A DNA stretch of 32,000 nucleotides, from contig NC_007484.1 in the NCBI RefSeq assembly GCF_000012805.1, positions 2,610,001-2,642,000 of the forward strand. The letters are read 5' to 3'. Made by a program: the position numbers and the translations under genes. Every line of letters begins with the position of its first letter. The first letter of the stretch is position 1. Positions 8,410-16,060 of the stretch are shown here, piece by piece. Origin of the DNA: Nitrosococcus oceani ATCC 19707. Lineage in GTDB: Bacteria > Pseudomonadota > Gammaproteobacteria > Nitrosococcales > Nitrosococcaceae. The notes below the pieces were generated by a model that was not told the origin of the DNA, ran no database searches, and worked only from the letters and a program-made list of their open reading frames with translations.

Positions 8410-8954
8410 ACTACAGCTCCGAGTTTCCATGCTTGCGCCCCCAGCCAAAAGGTTTCTCCTTGCTCGAAGTCCTTGTTTCCGTGGCCGTCCTCTCCATTGG
8501 CCTGCTCGGGCTAGCGGGGCTTCAAACCACCGGTATACGCCACAACCACAGTGCTTATTTACGTAGCCAGGCGACCCTCTTGGCCTATGACATCACTGAC
8601 CGGATGCGGGCCAACCGCACCGCCGCCCTGAATGGCGGCTATACGCTGGATCTGGGCACCCCCCCCGTAACCCCGGCCAAAAATTGTAACGCAGCGACCT
8701 GCGAACCCGGCGAGCTGGCGGCCTATGACCTTTACTCGTGGTTCCAGAATGTCACGGCCGTCCTGCCGTCCGGTGACAGCAAAATCGAATTAAATTCAGG
8801 CGTCGTCACTGTCACGCTGCAATGGGATGAGAAGTGGACTCAACGGCACAAGCCTAAAAAAAATGACGGGGATGACGATGACGGGGATGACGGAAACAAC
8901 AACTCCCCACCCCCCTCGTTTACCAAGCGAATTGTAATGAGTACCGAGCTATGA
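8406..8954 (+). CDS. pilV: type IV pilus minor pilin PilV
   Basis: Prepilin motif PKG|FSLLEVLVSVAVLSIGLLGLAGLQ, typical of PilV. The ORF-track start at 8400 is a TTG, while ATG 8406 forms an ATGA overlap with the fimT stop. It carries an unusual acidic low-complexity insert near the C-terminus. Confidence 0.85.
   Translation: MNYSSEFPCLRPQPKGFSLLEVLVSVAVLSIGLLGLAGLQTTGIRHNHSAYLRSQATLLAYDITDRMRANRTAALNGGYTLDLGTPPVTPAKNCNAATCEPGELAAYDLYSWFQNVTAVLPSGDSKIELNSGVVTVTLQWDEKWTQRHKPKKNDGDDDDGDDGNNNSPPPSFTKRIVMSTEL
8865..8894 (+). repeat. 15-bp tandem duplication (gacggggatgacgat / gacggggatgacgga) inside pilV, encoding DGDDD-DGDDG
   Basis: Read directly; 13 of 15 positions are identical. It is flanked by an A8 run (8856-8863), AAC x3 and a C4AC6 tract (to 8916). 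Confidence 0.85.
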
Positions 8955-9979
8955 AGCGCCCATCTTACTACTTACCTTCAAGCCGCGCGCAACGGGGTTT
9001 CTCACTAGTTGAGATTTTAGCGGGGATGACCGCGGGCTTGATACTCACTACGGGGGTTATTCAAGTCTTTTCCAGTAGCAAACAAAGCTACCGGCTTCAG
9101 GAAGCGCTCTCCCGACTCCAGGAGAACGGCCGCTTTGCCGTAGAGTTTATCTCTTACGAGGCCCGCAATGCCGGCTACTTTGGCTGCGCTGGAACCGAAA
9201 CCCGGGTAGTTAATACCCTCAATAATGCTGAACAATTTGCTTGGGATTTTTCTACTCCCCTGCAAGGTTTTGAGGCCACCAGCGCCAGCAGCTGGACGCC
9301 TGCCCTAGACGCTACCATCACCCAACCCCTTGGTAACCGGGATGTGTTGACCTTCCGTCATACTTCCGGCAACCTGGCCAAAGTTGAACCGCCCTTCATG
9401 CCTACTACCTCCGCGGCGCTCCACATAACGCCTGATAACGGGCTCAAGAAATCCGATATTGTCATGGTTTCCGACTGTGTCGATGCAGCCATTCTTCAAG
9501 TAACCAATGCTAACCCAGACACCTCCGGCACTTTAGTCCATAACACCGGCAACGGGGTCACCCCCGGCAACGCCACTAAAGATCTGGGAAAAAGATATAC
9601 CGACAAGGCTAATATTATCCAAATCACCACCAGCACCTACTACATTCGCGCTAATCCGCGAGGCGTTCCCTCCCTTTATAGGAAAGAGAGCGACGACAAC
9701 CCGCAAGAACTCATCGAAGGCGTGGAGGATATGCAAATTCTCTACGGCGAAGATACGGATGGCAGCCAGGAGGCCAATGGTTATGTGACTGCGGATAACG
9801 TGGCCAATTGGAATAATGTGGTCAGCCTACGTCTCAATTTTCTGTTGCAAACCATGGAAAATAATCTCGCCTCCTCTCCCCAATCCTATACCTTTAATGG
9901 CGCCACCATAACTCCCAGCGACAGGCGGCTGCGCCGGGTATTCACCACAACCCTGAATTTGAGGAATAGAACGTTATGA
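8951..9979 (+). CDS. pilW: type IV pilus minor pilin PilW
   Basis: Prepilin motif QRG|FSLVEILAGMTAGLILTTGVIQVF, about 340 aa, positioned between pilV and pilX. ATGA overlaps at both ends (8951-8954, 9976-9979). Confidence 0.85.
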   Translation: MKRPSYYLPSSRAQRGFSLVEILAGMTAGLILTTGVIQVFSSSKQSYRLQEALSRLQENGRFAVEFISYEARNAGYFGCAGTETRVVNTLNNAEQFAWDFSTPLQGFEATSASSWTPALDATITQPLGNRDVLTFRHTSGNLAKVEPPFMPTTSAALHITPDNGLKKSDIVMVSDCVDAAILQVTNANPDTSGTLVHNTGNGVTPGNATKDLGKRYTDKANIIQITTSTYYIRANPRGVPSLYRKESDDNPQELIEGVEDMQILYGEDTDGSQEANGYVTADNVANWNNVVSLRLNFLLQTMENNLASSPQSYTFNGATITPSDRRLRRVFTTTLNLRNRTL

Positions 9980-10524
9980 AACCAATTTCTATCATTTCTT
10001 CCTCACAACGGGGCGCCACCCTCATCATCAGCCTCTTGATGCTGCTGGTCATGACCTTGATTGGGGTCACAGCTACCCAAACCACCGCCTTAGAGGAAAA
10101 AATGGCAGGCAACCTAGGTGACCAGAATCTGGCCTTCCAAGCTGCGGAAGCAGCCTTGCGGGCTGGCGAAGGCTGGCTAGGGCAGCAAACGGATGAACCT
10201 GATCCACAACCCCTGGGTAGCTGCGGCACCCCCCCCTGCGATCTGGTATGGCAGCTCAATCTCCTCAATGGGGGCGATTTTGTGGACATTAATTGGTGGA
10301 AAACCGCGGGCGAGGCCCGTATTTACGGCAATGCCGCCCTCGCCAAAATAAAAACCGCGCCCAAACACTTTGTCGAATACCATTCCTTTATCAGAAACGG
10401 CCTTACCCTGGGCAAGCAAAGCGATGAAGTGGGACGGCATGTCTACCGGGTGACCGCCCGGGGAACCGGGGGAACAGACCAGGCCCAGGCCATTCTCCAG
10501 ACCACCTATACCCGCCGTTTCTAA
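9976..10524 (+). CDS. pilX: type IV pilus minor pilin / assembly protein PilX
   Basis: PilX_N-type N-terminus (QRGATLIISLLMLLVMTLIGVTATQTTALEEKMAGN) and a conserved tail (YRVTARGTGGTDQAQAILQTTY). Position is upstream of pilY1. Confidence 0.85.
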   Translation: MKPISIISSSQRGATLIISLLMLLVMTLIGVTATQTTALEEKMAGNLGDQNLAFQAAEAALRAGEGWLGQQTDEPDPQPLGSCGTPPCDLVWQLNLLNGGDFVDINWWKTAGEARIYGNAALAKIKTAPKHFVEYHSFIRNGLTLGKQSDEVGRHVYRVTARGTGGTDQAQAILQTTYTRRF

Positions 10525-10534
10525 GGAATGCAAC

Positions 10535-13500
10535 ATGATGGAAAAGTTTCGACTTAACCTCCCCGCTTACTACGCTGCAGCTGCCGCCCTTGCCCTGGGT
10601 TATGTTGGCAATACCCAGGGAGCCAATCTGAATCTGAATAATAAACCTCTGTTTCTCACAGACAATGCCCCTCCTCTCACCATGCTAGTGATGGGAAAAG
10701 ATCATAAGCTTTACTATGAAGCTTATAACGATGCTTCCGATCTAGACGGAGATGGCACCATCGAGATTGGCTACAAGCCCGCGCGTGTGGACTACTACGG
10801 TTATTTCGACTCCCACAAATGCTATGTTTACAGCGGCAACCGCTTTGAGCCCAGTACCGCCGCCAGCGACAAAACCTGCTCCGGTGCCTGGAGCGGAGAT
10901 TTTCTGAATTACCTTACCACCTCCCGCATGGATGCCCTGCGGAAAGTGTTCTACGGTGGGCAGCGGGATATCGACACGGCTTCGGAAACTGTTTTGGCGG
11001 GAGCGTTCATTCCCCAGGATGCCCATAGCTGGGGCAAGGAATACACCAGCATTGCCGTGGACGGATATGATCTCAACCACTACGCTCCACTTACTTTACC
11101 CAATGCAGGAAAGCGGCATCTGTTCGCGGTCACCAGCCTTGCCGATGGCAACATCCCGGTCCTGCGAGTTTTGCAAGATAAATCGGAACGTATCTGGGAA
11201 TGGGTCAGCAAAGAAAAGCCCGTGGCCGATGACTCTTTGGGCACGCCAGATGATTATTCGATCCGGATACTGGCCTGCTCCTCTTCCTTGCCAGAGATAA
11301 ACTGCCAGCAATACGGTGCCTCTTCTTACAAACCCACTGGGCTACTGCAAAAATACGGCGAAAACGACAGTATGTACTTTGGCCTGCTCACCGGCTCCTA
11401 TGCCAAGAACACTTCCGGCGGGGTATTAAGAAAAAAGGTGGGGAGTATTACTGATGAAATCGATCCTGGCACCGGGGTCTTTACCACCACCAACGGCATC
11501 ATCAAAACCATTGATAATCTGAGGATTATTCAGTTTCTTTATGGGAAGAAACCTGCCTATAGCCCCGGCTGGCCGGAAGCTTGGATCACTACCCGCCCCA
11601 TGACTGAAGGGGAACAACCCAATTGGGGCAATCCCATCGCCGAAATGATGTATGAAGGGCTGCGCTATTTTGCCGGCAAAGCATCCCCCACCCCGGCCTA
11701 TTCCATTGGGGCCGGTACCTCCCCGGATGCGGATCTGGGGCTACCTGTGGCTACCTGGGATGATCCCTATGCCAGCGGCAACTTTCCAAGCTGCTCCAAG
11801 CCTTTCCAGATTGTCATCAGCGATATTAATCCCTCCTATGACACTGATCAGCTCCCAGGAAGCTATTTTTCCAGCTTCACAGGAGATGTTTCCGGGCTCA
11901 ATAGCCAAGCTCTGGCGGATACTATTTCCAGCCATGAACCGGAGGTCGCCGGCAGTCATTTCATCGGCCAATCCGGCACCAATGCTGACGGCACTCCCTC
12001 GGCGAAAGATGTCACTAGCCTGGGAGATATTCGGGGCCTCTCTCCAGAAGAGCCCACTAAACTGGGGGGTTATTACTCGGCCAGCGTGGCTTATTTCGGT
12101 CATATCAATGACCTCCATTCCGCCGATGGGGAACAAAAAATGAGCACCTTTGCCGTAGCCCTGGCCTCACCCTTGCCAAAAATCGAGATCCCAGTCAATG
12201 GCCAAATCATCACCCTGGTTCCTTTTGCCAAGTCCGCGGGCACGACCAACGGTTGTGCCGTAGACGCTATCAGTAGCGCCGCAGGAGACTTTCAACCCAC
12301 CAATCAAATTGTGGATTTCTATGCGGAGACAGTCACACCCACCTATGGGAAATTCCGCATCAACTACGAGGATGTGGAACAAGGAGCCGATCATGATATG
12401 GATGCCATCGTGGAATATGAGTATCAGGTCAATAATGATGGGACTGTGAGTATTACTCTAAATTCCACCTTTGCCTCCGGCTGTATCATCCATCATATGG
12501 GGTACGTGATTTCAGGCACCACCGCTGACGGTACCTACCTAGAAGTCAGGGATAATGATACCTCTGTCGGACAAGATCCTGACTATTTCCTAGACACGCC
12601 CCCCGGCGCTAGCCCCGGCAACGGTTGGCAAGACGACGCGGCCCTACCTCTCACCACCACCCGCACCTTCACGCCAGGCACCGGCAGCGCCGCGACCTTA
12701 TTACGGGATCCCCTATGGTATGCCGCCAAATGGGGCAGCTTTAACGACCGCAACAAAGACAATATCCCCCAAGGAACGGAATGGGACATTAATAACGACG
12801 ACATTCCCGATAATTACTTTTCGGTTACCAACGCCCTGCAACTAGAAACACAATTAACCAAAGCCTTCGAGGAAATTATTGAAGAAACTTCCTCCAATTC
12901 CTTAGTGGCCTTGAATAGCGGCTCCATCAGCACCAATAGTCATCTCTATCAAGCCCGCTTCAGCAGCGGCGCCTGGACAGGACAAGTGCTGGATTTCCCC
13001 ATTAATAGCGATGGCAGCCTGGGCGCCAAAAACTGGGAAGCGGCTGATTTACTAGATGGTGTTTCGAGCAATAGCCGGAAAATCGTGACTTATAAACCCT
13101 CCACGGGTAAGGGCATTCCCTTCCGCTGGCCCGCGGACCCTGACTCCCCTGGAAGCACCGAACTTGATGTTTCCCAGTCCACGGCCCTGAACGCCGATCC
13201 CGCCACTGGCACCGCCGATGGTAGAGGAAGTGAACGCCTTGACTACATCAGAGGCGATGAAATTTCCGGCTTTCGTGAGCGAACGCGCAAGCTCGGCGAT
13301 ATTGTCCATTCCTCCCCCGTGTATGTGGGCCCCTCCCCGCAATACCGTTATCCCGATGACTGGACAGACATAAAACACAACGAAGATAGCCAAAATGAGG
13401 ATAGTAGCCCCTATTCAAGCTTCAAGAGCAACACCAGCCGGGACGCCATGGTCTATGTAGGCGCCAATGACGGCATGCTCCACGCCTTCGATGCCGTAAC

Positions 13501-14947
13501 CGGTCAGGAGCGCTTTGCCTATGTCCCCAACGCCGTCATCAAAAACCTTAACCGGCTAACCGATCCCAATTACAACCACCATTATTATGTGGATGGAACT
13601 CCCACGGTAGTAGACGCCTTTTTCGGTAGCGACTGGCACACTTTATTGGCGGGAGGTCTGGGGGGCGGCGGCCAGGGAATTTTCGCCCTGAATATCACTA
13701 CCCCAGGCACCAGCGAGAGCAGTATTGCTTCCAAGGTGCTCTGGGAATTTACCGATACCGATGATCCCGACCTGGGTTACACCTTCAGCGAGCCAAATAT
13801 CGTACGCATGCACAACGGCAAATGGGCGGTCGTCTTTGGCAATGGTTACAACAATACCGAAAATGACGGCAGCGCCAGCACCACGGGCAATGCGGTGCTT
13901 TTTATCGTGGATGCGGAAACCGGCGCGCTGATCAAAAAAATCGATACGGGAATAGGCTCAGATGACCCTGCTAGTGGAAATCGCCCCAATGGACTGGCCA
14001 CCGTAGCCCCTGTGGATATAGATGGCGACTTTATCGTCGATTATATCTATGGCGGGGATCTGTTAGGCAATCTGTGGAAGTTCGATGTCAAGGAAAGTCC
14101 AAACAAGTGGAAGGTGGCCCATGGTCAACCACTTTTCACCGCCAAGGCCGCCGACAACAGTTACCAACCCATCACCACTCGTCCTCAAGTGGGGCACCAT
14201 CCCACGGACCCCGGCTCTGTAATGGTTTACTTCGGCACGGGAAAATATCTTGAGACCAACGACGATAGCTCAACGGGACAAACCACCCAAACTTTTTATG
14301 GGATTTGGGATAAAAATGATGATAAAAAATTTACTTCGTTTACCCGATCTAGCCTACTCCAGCAAGAGATCATCAAGGAAGTTGTCCAGTCCTTTACTGA
14401 TGAAGATGGTTCCGGCAACACCGGCTTTGAGCTTCGGGTAACTACGAAACACCCCATTGACTGGTCGACTCACGAGGGTTGGTACATGGATTTAGTGAAC
14501 ACTGAGAACGGCAACACCAATAACTATGGTGAAAAGCAGGTCAGCGATTCCGTGCTGCGCAACAATCGCATTATTTTCACCACGCTGCTTCCCTCCGACG
14601 AGCTCTGCGACTTTGGCGGCACGGGCTGGCTGATGGAGTTGGATGCGGCCAGCGGGGGCCATTTGTCCTTTGCGCCTTTTGATCTCAATAATAACGGGAC
14701 GTTTACGCGTGCCGATTACATTAATCTGGGCGATACTGATGGCGATGGCAATGACGACTATGTGCCGCCCGGCGGCAAAAAATCGAAGGTGGGCATTATC
14801 AGCACACCAGGTATCATCTCTGGCCCTGGAACCAATCCGGGATGGGAAGCCAAATATACCAGCGGCTCCACCGGCAATATTGAAGTCACGTCAGAAAATG
14901 CCGGGCCTGGTTATTTTGGCCGTATGTCCTGGATTCAACTGCGCTAA
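10535..14947 (+). CDS. pilY1: type IV pilus tip adhesin / biogenesis factor PilY1 (PilC-like), 1470 aa
   Basis: AAGGA lies 7 nt before the ATG. Signal peptide present (AAAAALALGYVGNTQGA). Conserved N-terminal block KDHKLYYEAYNDASDLDGDG. C-terminal PilY1 propeller blocks: RLDYIRGDE...LGDIVHSSPVYVG, GANDGMLHAFD, GGLGGGGQGIFALN, and the calcium-site motif VDIDGDFIVDYIYGGDLLGNLWKFD. Confidence 0.92.
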   Translation: MMEKFRLNLPAYYAAAAALALGYVGNTQGANLNLNNKPLFLTDNAPPLTMLVMGKDHKLYYEAYNDASDLDGDGTIEIGYKPARVDYYGYFDSHKCYVYSGNRFEPSTAASDKTCSGAWSGDFLNYLTTSRMDALRKVFYGGQRDIDTASETVLAGAFIPQDAHSWGKEYTSIAVDGYDLNHYAPLTLPNAGKRHLFAVTSLADGNIPVLRVLQDKSERIWEWVSKEKPVADDSLGTPDDYSIRILACSSSLPEINCQQYGASSYKPTGLLQKYGENDSMYFGLLTGSYAKNTSGGVLRKKVGSITDEIDPGTGVFTTTNGIIKTIDNLRIIQFLYGKKPAYSPGWPEAWITTRPMTEGEQPNWGNPIAEMMYEGLRYFAGKASPTPAYSIGAGTSPDADLGLPVATWDDPYASGNFPSCSKPFQIVISDINPSYDTDQLPGSYFSSFTGDVSGLNSQALADTISSHEPEVAGSHFIGQSGTNADGTPSAKDVTSLGDIRGLSPEEPTKLGGYYSASVAYFGHINDLHSADGEQKMSTFAVALASPLPKIEIPVNGQIITLVPFAKSAGTTNGCAVDAISSAAGDFQPTNQIVDFYAETVTPTYGKFRINYEDVEQGADHDMDAIVEYEYQVNNDGTVSITLNSTFASGCIIHHMGYVISGTTADGTYLEVRDNDTSVGQDPDYFLDTPPGASPGNGWQDDAALPLTTTRTFTPGTGSAATLLRDPLWYAAKWGSFNDRNKDNIPQGTEWDINNDDIPDNYFSVTNALQLETQLTKAFEEIIEETSSNSLVALNSGSISTNSHLYQARFSSGAWTGQVLDFPINSDGSLGAKNWEAADLLDGVSSNSRKIVTYKPSTGKGIPFRWPADPDSPGSTELDVSQSTALNADPATGTADGRGSERLDYIRGDEISGFRERTRKLGDIVHSSPVYVGPSPQYRYPDDWTDIKHNEDSQNEDSSPYSSFKSNTSRDAMVYVGANDGMLHAFDAVTGQERFAYVPNAVIKNLNRLTDPNYNHHYYVDGTPTVVDAFFGSDWHTLLAGGLGGGGQGIFALNITTPGTSESSIASKVLWEFTDTDDPDLGYTFSEPNIVRMHNGKWAVVFGNGYNNTENDGSASTTGNAVLFIVDAETGALIKKIDTGIGSDDPASGNRPNGLATVAPVDIDGDFIVDYIYGGDLLGNLWKFDVKESPNKWKVAHGQPLFTAKAADNSYQPITTRPQVGHHPTDPGSVMVYFGTGKYLETNDDSSTGQTTQTFYGIWDKNDDKKFTSFTRSSLLQQEIIKEVVQSFTDEDGSGNTGFELRVTTKHPIDWSTHEGWYMDLVNTENGNTNNYGEKQVSDSVLRNNRIIFTTLLPSDELCDFGGTGWLMELDAASGGHLSFAPFDLNNNGTFTRADYINLGDTDGDGNDDYVPPGGKKSKVGIISTPGIISGPGTNPGWEAKYTSGSTGNIEVTSENAGPGYFGRMSWIQLR

Positions 14948-14966
14948 GCAAATACTGTCAATAAAG

Positions 14967-15461
14967 ATGGAAGATAATAGCCGTATGAATATTGAGAACC
15001 AAGAAAAAACCCCTGGGCCGCAAAGAAAACAACGGGGCTTTACCTTAATCGAACTCATGATTGTGGTGGCTATCGTCGCTATCCTGGCAAGCGTCGCCTT
15101 TCCAAGCTACCAGGCCAGTGTTAAAAAAAGCCGACGGGGCGACGCTCAAGGAGCATTGGTGGCATTTGCCGCCGCCATGGAACGCCATTTTACTGAGAGG
15201 AGTACCTATGAGGGTGCCGCTACCGGGGGCGCTAATACGGGAGCTCCTGATATTTTTGCCAGTGAGGCGCCCTTGGATGGAAGAGACAAATTCTACGATC
15301 TAACCATTGAGGCAGCGAGTGGAGCAACGTACACTTTACGAGCCACTCCTAAAAACATTCAGGCAGGAGACGGCTTTCTGGAGCTGCTCAGCACCGGCGC
15401 CCGACGATGGGATGAAAACAACGATAACGCAATTGGGGCTGGCGAGAGTGATTGGAAATAA
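14967..15461 (+). CDS. pilE: type IV minor pilin PilE
   Basis: Prepilin motif KQRG|FTLIELMIVVAIVAILASVAFPSYQASVKKSRR, very close to Pseudomonas PilE. The track ORF starts at 14643 inside pilY1. The first post-pilY1 in-frame ATGs are 14967 and 14985, giving an unusually long 24- or 18-aa leader. The exact start is uncertain. Confidence 0.85.
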   Translation: MEDNSRMNIENQEKTPGPQRKQRGFTLIELMIVVAIVAILASVAFPSYQASVKKSRRGDAQGALVAFAAAMERHFTERSTYEGAATGGANTGAPDIFASEAPLDGRDKFYDLTIEAASGATYTLRATPKNIQAGDGFLELLSTGARRWDENNDNAIGAGESDWK

Positions 15462-15479
15462 GGCTAGGAATTAAAACAG

Positions 15480-15511
15480 TAGGGCGGGAAAGCTCAGCGC
15501 ATCCCGCCCTA
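15480..15511. terminator. bidirectional intrinsic-terminator hairpin between convergent pilE and lspA
   Basis: Perfect 10-bp stem TAGGGCGGGA / TCCCGCCCTA with a 12-nt loop. On the minus strand it is followed by CTGTTTTAATT (U-rich), so it is a better terminator for ileS-lspA than for pilE (plus-strand tail CCTTATAAAAA). Confidence 0.7.
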
Positions 15512-15544
15512 CCTTATAAAAACTCACGCGGCCTCTACTTTTCC

Positions 15545-16009
15545 TCAGCTAGCTGGTTTGCTAAACAGACTTTGTATAATGAGAACCGCTGCGCCCACAG
15601 TAATGGCGGAATCAGCAATATTAAAGGCGGGCCAATGCCAGCCTTGGTAATATAAATCAATAAAATCAATGACATGACCATGCCAGAGGCGGTCTATCAC
15701 ATTACCCAAGGCTCCGCCAAGGATCAAGGCCACAGCCATGCCTTCCCACAGAGCATGGGTGCCTAACCGGTATAACCAAACAACTAGTCCAACGCTTACA
15801 GTGAGCGCCAGCCCTACAAAAAACCACCGCTGCCAACCACCGGCATCGGCCAGGAAACTAAACGCCGCGCCGGTATTGTAAGCTAAGGTAAAATTAAAAA
15901 AAGGAACCACTGGGATCGGCTCGTAAGGCTGCAACCGATTTTCCGCCAGATACTTAGTCCCTTGATCCAGCAGAATCACCAGCGTAGAGAGCCACAACCA
16001 TTTCAGCAT
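15545..16009 (-). CDS. lspA: lipoprotein signal peptidase (signal peptidase II)
   Basis: 154 aa with four TM segments. LspA motifs are LAYNTGAAFSFL and GGALGNVIDRLWHGHVIDFID...AFNIADSAI. It lies immediately downstream of ileS, the classic pairing. Confidence 0.93.
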   Translation of the reverse strand: MLKWLWLSTLVILLDQGTKYLAENRLQPYEPIPVVPFFNFTLAYNTGAAFSFLADAGGWQRWFFVGLALTVSVGLVVWLYRLGTHALWEGMAVALILGGALGNVIDRLWHGHVIDFIDLYYQGWHWPAFNIADSAITVGAAVLIIQSLFSKPAS

Positions 16010-16060
16010 TAATTTACCTGTTATTAAAAAAACAGAATCCTTGAAAAGAGAAGAATAATA

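Noticed and set aside
10932-12143. Several 110-160-codon ORFs in other frames and on the other strand inside pilY1 (10932-11300, 11652-12143, 11741-12136, 10742-11080)
   Set aside because: These are shadow ORFs of a long, compositionally biased gene. The PilY1 frame carries the conserved motifs throughout.
14643-14966. N-terminal 108-codon extension of the pilE ORF overlapping the end of pilY1
   Set aside because: This is an alternative frame of the pilY1 coding sequence with no pilin-like features. The pilin leader and the G|FTLIE motif begin only after the pilY1 stop.
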